Position numbers and translations under genes: made by a program | Notes under the pieces: model-generated | Told to the model about the DNA's origin: nothing | Databases searched by the model: none | The model's input: the letters and a program-made list of their open reading frames with translations, nothing else | In this document: positions 45,399 to 58,465 of the stretch, one piece after another | How positions within the stretch are numbered: position 1 is the stretch's first letter | Layout of the letters: the number at the start of each line of letters is the position of its first letter | From: Bdellovibrionales bacterium | Lineage (GTDB): Bacteria; Bdellovibrionota; Bdellovibrionia; Bdellovibrionales; UBA1609 | Direction of reading: 5' to 3' | NCBI GenBank assembly: GCA_028283955.1 | Contig: JANQSP010000012.1 | Location: forward strand, 4,579-68,578 | DNA length: 64,000 bases

Positions 45399-46331
45399 AT
45401 GAAATATTTCTGGGTTTTTATTCTCTTATCCTGTCCACAGTTTCTCTCCGCCAAAACAGTGGTCGAAAAAACTCTTGCGACAGTGGAAGGTGAAATGATC
45501 AGCCTTATGGATTTAAAAGAGGCCAGAAAAAGGCTAAAACAAGGGTTTTTGGAGGACTCGGTTCTATACCCACTTTTTAATAAAACTCAACTACAAAAAA
45601 AAGACTCCGCCCTTCTCGAGTTTCTTATTTATGAAAAACTTCTGGACCTTTCTGTAGCAAAAACCCCTCTTCAAGTTGAAGAGAAAAGCCTGACTCAAAC
45701 AATAAACAGAAAGAAAAAAAAGAGAGGTTTATCCAAAAAAGCCTTTAGCCGTTTATTGGTCAAAAACCACTTCACTTCTTCTTCTTATAAAGAGTTCCTA
45801 AGAAAATCCATCTTAAGAAACATTTTTATACAAAAAGAAATAGCAGAAAAAATTAGAATCTCCGACCAAGATATTAATGAATACGCTCTACGAAAACAAG
45901 GAAAGGCTCTTTTTACTTCTTTTGAGTACGAACTGGCTTATTTGTTGTTTCCACCCACGGAAGAAGGAAAAAAACAAGCACAAAAAATCTCACAAGATAT
46001 AGAAAAAGACTCTTCTTTCTTCGATAAATGGAGTCCCGGTTCAGAAAAGGAAAAGAAAGAAGTTTTAAAAAATATTTCCCTTTCAACCATTCACCCCTCT
46101 ATTAAATCAGCTATCAGAAAACTGTCTATAGGGCAGATTTCATCTGTGTTATCCCTTCCTGCCGGATATCACATTTTTAAAGTCTTATGGAAAACACCTG
46201 TTATCACCGTTCAAAACCAAAAAAGAAAAGAAAAACTGGGTGTTCTTCTATTCAAAGAAATTTTTAACAAGAAACTAAAACTTTACCTGGAAGAAAAAAA
46301 GAAAACAGCCTTTATTCAAATCAATTCATGA
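45399..46331 (+). CDS. surA: SurA-like periplasmic chaperone/PPIase
   Basis: Signal peptide, a SurA N-terminal-like region and ...ISSVLSLPAGYHIFKVL. It lies directly upstream of pdxA, matching the classical surA-pdxA synteny. Confidence 0.7.
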   Translation: MKYFWVFILLSCPQFLSAKTVVEKTLATVEGEMISLMDLKEARKRLKQGFLEDSVLYPLFNKTQLQKKDSALLEFLIYEKLLDLSVAKTPLQVEEKSLTQTINRKKKKRGLSKKAFSRLLVKNHFTSSSYKEFLRKSILRNIFIQKEIAEKIRISDQDINEYALRKQGKALFTSFEYELAYLLFPPTEEGKKQAQKISQDIEKDSSFFDKWSPGSEKEKKEVLKNISLSTIHPSIKSAIRKLSIGQISSVLSLPAGYHIFKVLWKTPVITVQNQKRKEKLGVLLFKEIFNKKLKLYLEEKKKTAFIQINS

Positions 46332-47272
46332 AAAGAGTTCATATCACCACCGGAGATCCGGATGGAATCGGGTTAGAGGTAAGTTTAAAAGCCTTAAACA
46401 CATTAGGGCCCAAAAAAGATATTCAGTTCATCCTATGGAGATCTCCTTCAGCCAATAAAGAAATACTAAAATTAGCAGACAGTCGTTTTAATCGAATAAA
46501 CATAAAAGAAAACAGTCTTTCTGCAAACTATGAAAAAAAAGAAAACACCCTTTTGGACATAGTGACTCCGGATTCACCCACACAATGGGTCGTAAAAGCA
46601 ACAAAATCCTGTCTAAAAAACAAAAGCACGGAAGCACTTGTTACCGGCCCCCTTTCCAAAATTCAAATGAAGCGAGAAGGATTTAAAGAGAAAGGACACA
46701 CAGACTTATTAAAAAACCTGTCCCATACCAGAAACGTGTTCATGACCTTTATAGGAGATCTCTTTAATGTTACTCTTCTAACAGGTCATGTTCCGCTAAA
46801 AAAAGTAAAATGGAACACAAGAAATCTGAATAAATGCATTGAACTCTGCTTTAAATTAAAGCCAAGTTTACCCTCTCATCAACATAAAAAAAGAATAGGT
46901 CTGCTGGGCTTTAACCCTCACGCTGGAGAAGAAGGCCTGCTTGGAACAGAAGAATTCTTATTAAAGAAAAACATTATTAAGCGATGGAAAAATAAAGTGG
47001 ATGGACCTTTGGTTCCCGATGTGGCCTTTCTAAAAGAAAATCAGAAAAAATATTTCATTTATGTGTGTCTATATCATGATCAAGCACTGATCCCTTTTAA
47101 AATAGCACATGAAAAAAATAGTTTTCAACTTAGTTTGGGTTTACCTTTTACAAGAACCAGCGTCAGCCACGGTACAGCTAAAGAGATTTTTGGAAAAAAC
47201 AAAGCGGACGCACATTCCATGAAAAAAGCTTTGCTATGGGCAATTAACTCTCTATCAAAGAGTTTTAAATGA
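46328..47272 (+). CDS. pdxA: 4-hydroxythreonine-4-phosphate dehydrogenase
   Basis: HITTGDPDGIGLEV, NPHAGE, and HDQALIPFK. Confidence 0.85.
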   Translation: MKRVHITTGDPDGIGLEVSLKALNTLGPKKDIQFILWRSPSANKEILKLADSRFNRINIKENSLSANYEKKENTLLDIVTPDSPTQWVVKATKSCLKNKSTEALVTGPLSKIQMKREGFKEKGHTDLLKNLSHTRNVFMTFIGDLFNVTLLTGHVPLKKVKWNTRNLNKCIELCFKLKPSLPSHQHKKRIGLLGFNPHAGEEGLLGTEEFLLKKNIIKRWKNKVDGPLVPDVAFLKENQKKYFIYVCLYHDQALIPFKIAHEKNSFQLSLGLPFTRTSVSHGTAKEIFGKNKADAHSMKKALLWAINSLSKSFK

Positions 47273-48738
47273 AAAAGCAGCTTACCTTTAATGAAAAGAT
47301 TTTCAGAAAAAATGATATAAGAGGAATATATAAAAAAGATTTCGATCCGGATTTTATAAAAGCTCTCGCCTTTTCATTTGTACGTCTTTACTTACACACC
47401 AAAAGGAAAAAAGAACAATCGAAAAAAAAATTAATAGTGGCACTAGGACATGATTGTCGACTAAGCAGCCCCGAAATTGCCCGGCATTTAGCTGACTCCC
47501 TGGCTTTAGCCGGTGCGGAAGTGCGCTTCTTGGGAATGTTACCTTCCCCCGTCTGTTTTTTCACTTCTCATTTTTTCGATGATGTACAGGGTTGCATTAT
47601 GGTAACCGCCAGTCATAACCCACCCGCTTTCAACGGATTCAAGATGCTATTAAAAAGGGAAAATATTTGTGATAAAAAAATTTTACAACTTAAAAACATT
47701 ATGAAAAAAAACTCTCACAAAACATTTTTAGCGCAGAAAGGAAAGGTTATCCCTTTCGACATAAAACATCATTACATTTCTTTTTTTCAACAAAACTCCC
47801 CCTTTTCAGCTCTAGGAAGCAACAAACAAACATCCTCCTTCATCAAAAATATTGCTATCGACTGTGGAAACGGAGTGAGCGGACCTATTGCCAAAAAAAT
47901 GTTTAAAGCCCTAAAACTTCCAATAAAAGTTAACTGGATGTACACCAAGCCGGACGGCCGTTTTCCCAACCATCCACCTGATCCAGGCGTAGAAAAAAAT
48001 TTAAAGGAACTACAGAAAAAAATAAAAGAAAAAAAATGCGATTTTGGTGCAGCTTTTGATGGAGACGGAGACCGTCTTTTTATTATAGGCAAAAGCGGAA
48101 GAATTCTGCACGGAGATGAATTGATGTTCATCTTTATCTCCGATCTTTTAAAAGAACAGATTAAGAAACCTTTGTCCTCATTGCCCGGAAAAAAAGTCTC
48201 TATCGTAGCTGATGTAAAGTGCTCTGACTGGTTCTTTGACTTTTTAAAACAAAAAAACATTAAAAGGACAATATGGAAATCAGGACACAGCCTGATAAGA
48301 CAAAAAACCCTGGAAAAAAAAGCTTTATTCGGAGGGGAGTTAAGCGGTCATTTCTTCTTTTGCGACAACTTTTTCCCTATTGATGACGGGCTCTACGCCT
48401 TGCTAAGACTGATAAACATTTGTGCTAAATACGGCAAAACCCCTGAAGAACTGGCACCAAAAAGAAACAGTCTGGAAACAAATGAAATTCGCATAGCTAT
48501 AGCGGAAATGGTTACAGCTAAAAAACACCTGGAAAGATTGAAAAATCACTACAGAAACAAGAAGTCAGCTTCCTGTTCTTTTACTGACGGAGTAAGAGTC
48601 AGTTTCCCGGGTAAAGCCTGGGGTTTGGCCCGCCTTTCCAACACTCAAAGTGAATGGACTTTCCGCTTTGGCGGAAAAACAAAGAAAGACTTAAAAACCA
48701 TTCAAAATGATTTTTACCAGCTATTAAACATTCTTTAA
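47269..48738 (+). CDS. Phosphomannomutase/phosphoglucomutase
   Basis: TASHNPPAFNGFK (phosphoserine loop), FDGDGDRL (Mg loop) and GELSGH. Confidence 0.9.
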   Translation: MKKQLTFNEKIFRKNDIRGIYKKDFDPDFIKALAFSFVRLYLHTKRKKEQSKKKLIVALGHDCRLSSPEIARHLADSLALAGAEVRFLGMLPSPVCFFTSHFFDDVQGCIMVTASHNPPAFNGFKMLLKRENICDKKILQLKNIMKKNSHKTFLAQKGKVIPFDIKHHYISFFQQNSPFSALGSNKQTSSFIKNIAIDCGNGVSGPIAKKMFKALKLPIKVNWMYTKPDGRFPNHPPDPGVEKNLKELQKKIKEKKCDFGAAFDGDGDRLFIIGKSGRILHGDELMFIFISDLLKEQIKKPLSSLPGKKVSIVADVKCSDWFFDFLKQKNIKRTIWKSGHSLIRQKTLEKKALFGGELSGHFFFCDNFFPIDDGLYALLRLINICAKYGKTPEELAPKRNSLETNEIRIAIAEMVTAKKHLERLKNHYRNKKSASCSFTDGVRVSFPGKAWGLARLSNTQSEWTFRFGGKTKKDLKTIQNDFYQLLNIL

Positions 48739-48793
48739 ACAACGTGACAATCTATAGGGATTTACTGTTGCCGTTCCAAATAATCAAAAAATA

Positions 48794-49120
48794 TCAGATT
48801 TTTCCCGCGATAATCATGGCAATAGCAAAAGAGAAAATCACAAAAGATTCAATCAAAGCCAAAACAATAATCATAGGGATAAACATAATTTTTTGAGACT
48901 GAGGATTGCGGGCAATCCCTTCCATTGCAGCCGCTCCCACTCGCCCTTGCCCCAAAGCTCCACCAAATGCAGCAATGGCTATAGCCAACCCGGCAGCCAA
49001 AGCGTACAAGCCATTTCCCGCCCCTTCCGCTTGAGCCGCTTCTTCCGCATAAGTCCACCAGGAAGCACTTAAAATAAAACCTACTGCCACCAGATACATT
49101 GTTTGAAGTAACCATTTCAT
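48794..49120 (-). CDS. atpE: F0F1 ATP synthase subunit c with a ~35-aa N-terminal extension
   Basis: GGALGQGRVGAAAMEGIARNPQ...LALIESFVIFSF is the c-subunit hairpin with its carboxylate Glu. Confidence 0.9.
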   Translation of the reverse strand: MKWLLQTMYLVAVGFILSASWWTYAEEAAQAEGAGNGLYALAAGLAIAIAAFGGALGQGRVGAAAMEGIARNPQSQKIMFIPMIIVLALIESFVIFSFAIAMIIAGKI

Positions 49121-49178
49121 CTTTATATCCTCCGCTTAATCTAAGTTCTTTTTTTCATATAATTATTAAACGCAAAAA

Positions 49179-49868
49179 TCAATGTTCATGTGACAGGGCA
49201 ATACTCACATAAACCATACTTAAAATAGTAAAAATAAAAGCCTGCATAGTACAAACAAAAAAGCCCAAAAAATAAAAAATAACAGGTATAATTACAGGCG
49301 CCAGATCCAAAAAAATAGAAAGCACCGTGTGATCCCCCACCATATTTCCATAAAGCCTCAACCCCAGACTCAAAGGTCGCACCAAATGGGATATAAGCTC
49401 AATTATAAACATAAGGGGAGCCAACAACAGCACAGGCCCCATAAGCTGCTTAAGGTAAGCCCAACCGTGCTCTTTAAAACCATAAATATTATAGACAAGA
49501 AAAGAAAACAGCCCTAAAGCCAAAGTTGTATTGACATTGCTGGTAGCCGCCCCCATCCCGGGGACCAAACCCAAAAGATTATTAAACCAAATAAACAAAA
49601 ATAAACTGGAGAAAAAAGGAACAAACACCCGTCCTTTTGAACCCACCACCAGGTCAGATAAAGATATAATAATAGAAATAAAACTTTCAAAAAAAGCCTT
49701 TATAGAAAAGCGACTGGAAGGAACCAAGGGGTCTTTTGCTTTTTTCAAGGCCCGGCGAGCCAAAACAGTCATCAATAACAAAACAAAACAGATAAGCAAC
49801 ATATTGGCTATATGCAAAGAGCCCCCGTCCAAAAAAGGCAAAAGTTCCAACCATTCAAAATGCTTCAT
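49179..49868 (-). CDS. atpB: F0F1 ATP synthase subunit a
   Basis: LSLGLRLYGNMVGDH contains the conserved Arg. Polytopic. Confidence 0.9.
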   Translation of the reverse strand: MKHFEWLELLPFLDGGSLHIANMLLICFVLLLMTVLARRALKKAKDPLVPSSRFSIKAFFESFISIIISLSDLVVGSKGRVFVPFFSSLFLFIWFNNLLGLVPGMGAATSNVNTTLALGLFSFLVYNIYGFKEHGWAYLKQLMGPVLLLAPLMFIIELISHLVRPLSLGLRLYGNMVGDHTVLSIFLDLAPVIIPVIFYFLGFFVCTMQAFIFTILSMVYVSIALSHEH

Positions 49869-49942
49869 TTACAGACCTTTCATAATCTAAGATATGCCAA
49901 CCCTTAACAAATTCCTTTAAACTGATAAACTTTTTTATTGTT

Positions 49943-50125
49943 TTATTTAAATATTCGAATTAACTGATAAAACCATATCACTAAAACCAACACAACTAAA
50001 ATAGCTGTAACCCAACCTCCTGTATTAAAATAAAGGTCTCCTTTTTGGCCTAAATATATAAAGACCCAAAGCAGAATAACCGCTTCAAACCCCATACCCA
50101 CAATTAAAAAGGCTTTCTTTTTCAT
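49943..50125 (-). CDS. AtpZ/AtpI-like small membrane protein
   Basis: 60 aa with two TM segments, directly upstream of atpB. Confidence 0.6.
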   Translation of the reverse strand: MKKKAFLIVGMGFEAVILLWVFIYLGQKGDLYFNTGGWVTAILVVLVLVIWFYQLIRIFK

Positions 50126-50147
50126 TATTCCCTTTTTTTAAAAACAG

Positions 50148-50927
50148 CTAAAGAGGTATAACTCCCGGTTGTTTGCTCTGTCTCACTTTTAATCTTTCTA
50201 TTTTATCCGCCAAAAACTCCGATGTATTTTGAAAGTTTCTTAATTCAATAATAGCTTGATGAAACTCTTTTCGTGATTCATAAATGAAAGACAAGTAGAA
50301 AAATAACTTGTTTTCCTTAAAATACACTGGATCTTCATGTTGAATTCTTTTAAACACCTTTCCTGCATCAGTATATTTTTCCTGCATTAGCAACACCCGC
50401 CCCAAAAGAAAAAGAACGCTTAACAGATTTTCGCCTTTCAATCGCGTAGACAGTAATGTCTCTGTCTCCTTTAAGCTCAACTCCCACTTTCCCATTTCAA
50501 AATAGGAAAGAGCTATACGAAAAGAATAAAGATACTTCTTCCCCATTGATACAGTTTGCCCTTTTAAAAAAAAGTACTCTTCTATTGCCTTTTCGTAATT
50601 TCGCTGATTCGTAAAGTAAACATCCGCCAAAGATTCCCTAATTGGAATCCTTTTTGCCATATCTTTTTCTCTCCTGAATAAATAATCATAGAAAAAAACA
50701 GCTTCTACAGCGGAATGGGAAACACAGGCTTTCGCCGCTCTCTCGGCAAACTCTATTTTTCCTTTCTCACCATCCAAAAGAAAAAAATGTCTTGCCTGCT
50801 TACAGTCCCCTTTCCTAAGAGCTTTTTCCGCCTTCCTTATAGGATCAGTAAAATAAAAACAGGCACTCATTAAAAAGAAAAGAAAAAAAAAGCCCGCTTT
50901 CCTGAAAAGCAACAAAATCATCTGCAT
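50148..50927 (-). CDS. TPR-like lipoprotein
   Basis: Lipobox LMSAC and TPR-like helical repeats. The ATG at 50927 avoids overlap with the gyrA stop; the track ORF runs to 50954. Confidence 0.6.
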   Translation of the reverse strand: MQMILLLFRKAGFFFLFFLMSACFYFTDPIRKAEKALRKGDCKQARHFFLLDGEKGKIEFAERAAKACVSHSAVEAVFFYDYLFRREKDMAKRIPIRESLADVYFTNQRNYEKAIEEYFFLKGQTVSMGKKYLYSFRIALSYFEMGKWELSLKETETLLSTRLKGENLLSVLFLLGRVLLMQEKYTDAGKVFKRIQHEDPVYFKENKLFFYLSFIYESRKEFHQAIIELRNFQNTSEFLADKIERLKVRQSKQPGVIPL

Positions 50928-50931
50928 GAAA

Positions 50932-53385
50932 TTAATTTGAAGAAACTTCCTCATTTAAAAGACTGGCGCTTCTTACCTTCTCGCCCGGTTTTAATTTCAT
51001 TAACCGCACTCCTTGAGCCGCCCGGCCAATAACAGAAATTTCCTTACAGGAGAAACGAATAGACTGCCCTTGGTTAGTCATGACAAGCAATTGATGAGAC
51101 TCTTCCACCAAATGAGAACCCACCACTTCCCCTGTTTTACTTGTAACTTTATGAGCTGTAATCCCCATACCTCCTCTATTTTGAGAGCGGCATTCTTTAA
51201 GGGAAGTTCTTTTTCCATACCCCTCTTCTGTCACTGTCAGATAAGAAATTTCCGAATTTTTATCCACATTGTCCATACTAATCACAACATCCCCCTTTCT
51301 TAAGGAGATGCCTCTCACCCCTCTGGCCACGCGACCAATAGAGCGAATACTGTTTTCAGCAAAGCGGATACAAAAACCCTTCTTCGTCACAATAAAAATA
51401 TCTTCCTCCGGCAAAGAAATACAAGCAGAAACCAACTGATCTTCATTATCCATCCCAACCGCAATAATTCCTCCCTTTCTGGGCTTGGAAAAAAGCTTTA
51501 AAGAGGATTTTTTAAACACACCGTTCTTGGTAATTAAACACAAGTGAGCCCCCTCTTTCGAAAAAGAGTCAACAGGAATAACCACCTGAACTTCCTCATC
51601 CGCCTGCAATTGAACCAAATTCCTGATAGAACGACCTTTGGAAGTACGACTCATACGAGGAATACGAAAAGCATCCAACCAATACAAACGCCCCCGATCA
51701 GTCAAAACCAACAACACACTATGTGTGTTCACACAAAGGCTCTTCCAAACACTAATATCCCCAACAGGAGCACTGCCTTTAAGGCCCGAACCACCTCTTT
51801 TTTGAAGACGATACTCTTCAAGAGAGATTTGTTTTATTCCTCCATCGGTATTCAAAGTAACCAACACATCTTCCTTTGGAACCAGATCCTTGTCCTCCAC
51901 AACATCCTCTTCACCTAAAACAATTAAGGTTTTTCGAGGGGAAGAAAATCTTTCCTTTATTTCCATAAGTTCTTTTTCTATAAGAGCATAGATTGCCTCT
52001 TCACTGGACAAGGTCTTTTGTATATTTTCAATCTCCTTTAACAACTCTTTTAACTCATTAAAAATCTTCTCTCTCTCCAGGCTTGTCAACTTTTGAAGAC
52101 GCATATCTAAAATAGATTGAGCCTGCTCCCTGGAAAGAACCAGTTTTTCCATAAGCTGCCGACGGGCCTCTGACACATCCCGGGCGGAACGAATCATTTT
52201 TATTACTTCAGAAATAGAGTCCAAAGCTTTATTTAATCCCTCTAAAATATGGGCTCTTTGTCGCGCTTTCCTTAAATCAAAAAGAAGTCTCCTGGTCAGC
52301 ACATCAAAACGATGCTCTATAAAAGAACTTAACATCTGTCTTAAAGAAAAAAGACGGGGCTGATTCTGAGAGTCCAAGGCTAAGAAAATAATTCCAAAAC
52401 GTGACTGAAGACTTGTGTGTTTAAACAATTGGTTTAAAACAACATCTGCGTTTTCCCTCTTTTTTAATACAATAACGATTCGCATTCCCTCTCTGGAAGA
52501 CTCATCCCTTATATCAGAAATACCTTCAATTTTTTTATCTTTAACCAAGGTGGCAATATTCTCTATCAACCGGGCTTTATTCACCTGGTAAGGCAGTTCG
52601 TGTACAACAATTATCTCCTTTCCATTTTCCTGAACCACTTCCACCTTAGCTTGTAAGGTAATAATTCCCTTCCCTGTCTTATAAGCGGATATTAAGCCCG
52701 CCTGGGCTTTAATTATTCCCGATGTGGGAAAGTCCGGGCCGGGAACAATTTCCATAAGCTCTTCATCTGAAATAGAGGGATTTTGAATAAGAGCCATACA
52801 AGCCGAAGTGATTTCAGCCAAATTATGAGGCGGAATACGAGAAGCCATCCCAACCGCAATTCCCTCACTACCATTAACCAATAAGTTGGGATAACGGGCC
52901 GGCAAAACCTGAGGAATGAGAAGAGTGTCGTCATAGTTCCAACCAAAAGAAACCGTTTCCTTATCCAGGTCTTCCAATAGCTCTTCAGCCAGAGGGGTCA
53001 TCCTGACTTCCGTATAACGTGGAGCCGCGGGAGCATCCCCGTCAACAGAACCAAAGTTTCCCTGTCCATCCACCAAGGGGTGCCGCATAGAAAAACCTTG
53101 CGCCATTCTTACAATGCTGTCATATACAGCCACATCACCATGCGGGTGATATTTACCAATCACATCCCCGACGACTCTCGCTGACTTCTTATATGGCTTA
53201 TCATGAGTGTTTCTCAGGTTCTTCATAGCAAAAAGAATTCGACGATGAACAGGCTTTAAACCGTCGCGCACATCAGGCAAAGCGCGCCCTACAATCACAC
53301 TCATAGAATACTGAAGGTAAGACTCCCTCATTTCCTGGTTGATATCCACATCTAAAATATTCTTGTCGTATTTTTGTTCGTTCAT
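50932..53385 (-). CDS. gyrA: DNA gyrase subunit A
   Basis: DGLKPVHRRIL, AAPRYTE (active-site Tyr), and C-terminal beta-pinwheel repeats. Confidence 0.97.
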   Translation of the reverse strand: MNEQKYDKNILDVDINQEMRESYLQYSMSVIVGRALPDVRDGLKPVHRRILFAMKNLRNTHDKPYKKSARVVGDVIGKYHPHGDVAVYDSIVRMAQGFSMRHPLVDGQGNFGSVDGDAPAAPRYTEVRMTPLAEELLEDLDKETVSFGWNYDDTLLIPQVLPARYPNLLVNGSEGIAVGMASRIPPHNLAEITSACMALIQNPSISDEELMEIVPGPDFPTSGIIKAQAGLISAYKTGKGIITLQAKVEVVQENGKEIIVVHELPYQVNKARLIENIATLVKDKKIEGISDIRDESSREGMRIVIVLKKRENADVVLNQLFKHTSLQSRFGIIFLALDSQNQPRLFSLRQMLSSFIEHRFDVLTRRLLFDLRKARQRAHILEGLNKALDSISEVIKMIRSARDVSEARRQLMEKLVLSREQAQSILDMRLQKLTSLEREKIFNELKELLKEIENIQKTLSSEEAIYALIEKELMEIKERFSSPRKTLIVLGEEDVVEDKDLVPKEDVLVTLNTDGGIKQISLEEYRLQKRGGSGLKGSAPVGDISVWKSLCVNTHSVLLVLTDRGRLYWLDAFRIPRMSRTSKGRSIRNLVQLQADEEVQVVIPVDSFSKEGAHLCLITKNGVFKKSSLKLFSKPRKGGIIAVGMDNEDQLVSACISLPEEDIFIVTKKGFCIRFAENSIRSIGRVARGVRGISLRKGDVVISMDNVDKNSEISYLTVTEEGYGKRTSLKECRSQNRGGMGITAHKVTSKTGEVVGSHLVEESHQLLVMTNQGQSIRFSCKEISVIGRAAQGVRLMKLKPGEKVRSASLLNEEVSSN

Positions 53386-53408
53386 GTTTTAAAAAAACCT
53401 TCGGTTGA

Positions 53409-57023
<3,615 letters not shown>

Positions 57024-57024
<1 letters not shown>

Positions 57025-58187
57025 CACATCTTCATAGGCATAACAACACAAAGGCTGTGCTGTTTCTCACCATCTTCATCTGAAACAGGGTATATAACAC
57101 AGGGAGATTCCTTGCCCCCAAACTCCACCAACACCTTTTGACCTCCAAGAGAATTCAGGGCTTCTAAAATATATCTGGCATTAAAGCGAACCTTTAGATC
57201 CTTTCCCTGTTTTCTTTTACAAGATATTTCATCCCGAGCCGACCCCAGTTCCGGATTTTCCGCTTCCATCTGGACTGTTTTTTCCAAGATATGAAAATTA
57301 ACCCCTTTAAAACTATTACTGGACAACAAAGATACTCTCCTTAAAGCTTGGTTAAATATCTCCGCATCCAACTCAATAGCCACAGAGCTGTTCTTTGGTA
57401 TCAAAGGTTGATATTTGGGATAAGTACCTTCCACCAGTTTCACACTTAAGACCGCGCTTTTATACCGAAGTAAAATCCTGGGTGGAGTAACAGCTATCTC
57501 TACCTCCTCCTCCGATGAAGTTTGAGATAATAACTTTTTTATCTCCTGTACCCCTTTCTTGGATATAATCACACCTCTTTTTAGGAACTTTTTCTCACAA
57601 GGATACTCCGCCATCCCCAACCGATGCCCATCCGTTGCCACAAAACGAAAGCTAAAAGCCTCTTTGTTTTTGCTCGCTGATGCCGTCGAAGTTACTTCAA
57701 AAAAAACCCCTGTCAGATTATAACGTGTTTCATCAACGGAAGCACAGTAGGCTGTTCTCTCTATAAGGTTTTTCAACACATCCCTTTTTACAAAAAAAGA
57801 ATCCTCCATACGAAAAGGAGGAAAAGCGGGAAAGTCCTGCACTTTTAAACTCAAAAGATTAAACACGGAAGAGCCCTGTATCAGTTTTACTTTTCCACCT
57901 CCCTGTTCATTTAATGTCACGACCCCTTCAGGAAGTTCTCTTAAAATATCATACAGATTCTGGGCATCCACAACCGCTTTCCCCGCGCTCTCCACTTCAG
58001 CGGATACCTCGCTTTGCAGGCTATTATCCTGATCCGTAGCCTGAATAGATACTTTCCCCCCTTTTTTTGCACTAATCAGTATCTTTGATAAAATAGGCAT
58101 AACACTTCTTTTTTCAATTAAACTATTGGCTTGTGAAACAAGATTAAAAAAATCCGTTCTTTTGATTTTAAGCTTAAGCTGAGACAC
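57024..58187 (-). CDS. dnaN: DNA polymerase III beta sliding clamp
   Basis: 387 aa with three-domain clamp length and position between dnaA and recF. GTG start. Confidence 0.9.
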
Positions 58188-58465
58188 TATAAAAACCTTC
58201 CACTTTAACCTTTTTGAAAGCTCTTAAAAAATTATGTAAACAAAATCACAGGAGAAACAACAAATACTAACTTTATAATATTGTAGTCGTAGTAGGTGTT
58301 GTTGATAACAAATAATAACCATATAAGCACGTAATTTTATTTATAAAAAAGGTAAAAAAATCTGTAGATAAACTAGCGAGGAGAGGGGCAATAAAAAAAG
58401 AGAGAGAAATCAGAAACATTTTTTAACCTGGTTTTATCAACAAAAAGCAACTTTTTTGTTGATAA
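58188..58465. promoter_or_regulatory. Candidate oriC: DnaA-box cluster, TAG-triplet run and an AT-rich stretch
   Basis: TGTTGATAA at 58300-58308, TGTAGATAA at 58363-58371, TTATCAACA at 58434-58442 and TGTTGATAA at 58457-58465. Each has one mismatch to TTATCCACA. tag-tcg-tag-tag lies at 58284-58295. AT-rich runs lie at 58271-58283 and 58311-58360. Confidence 0.6.
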
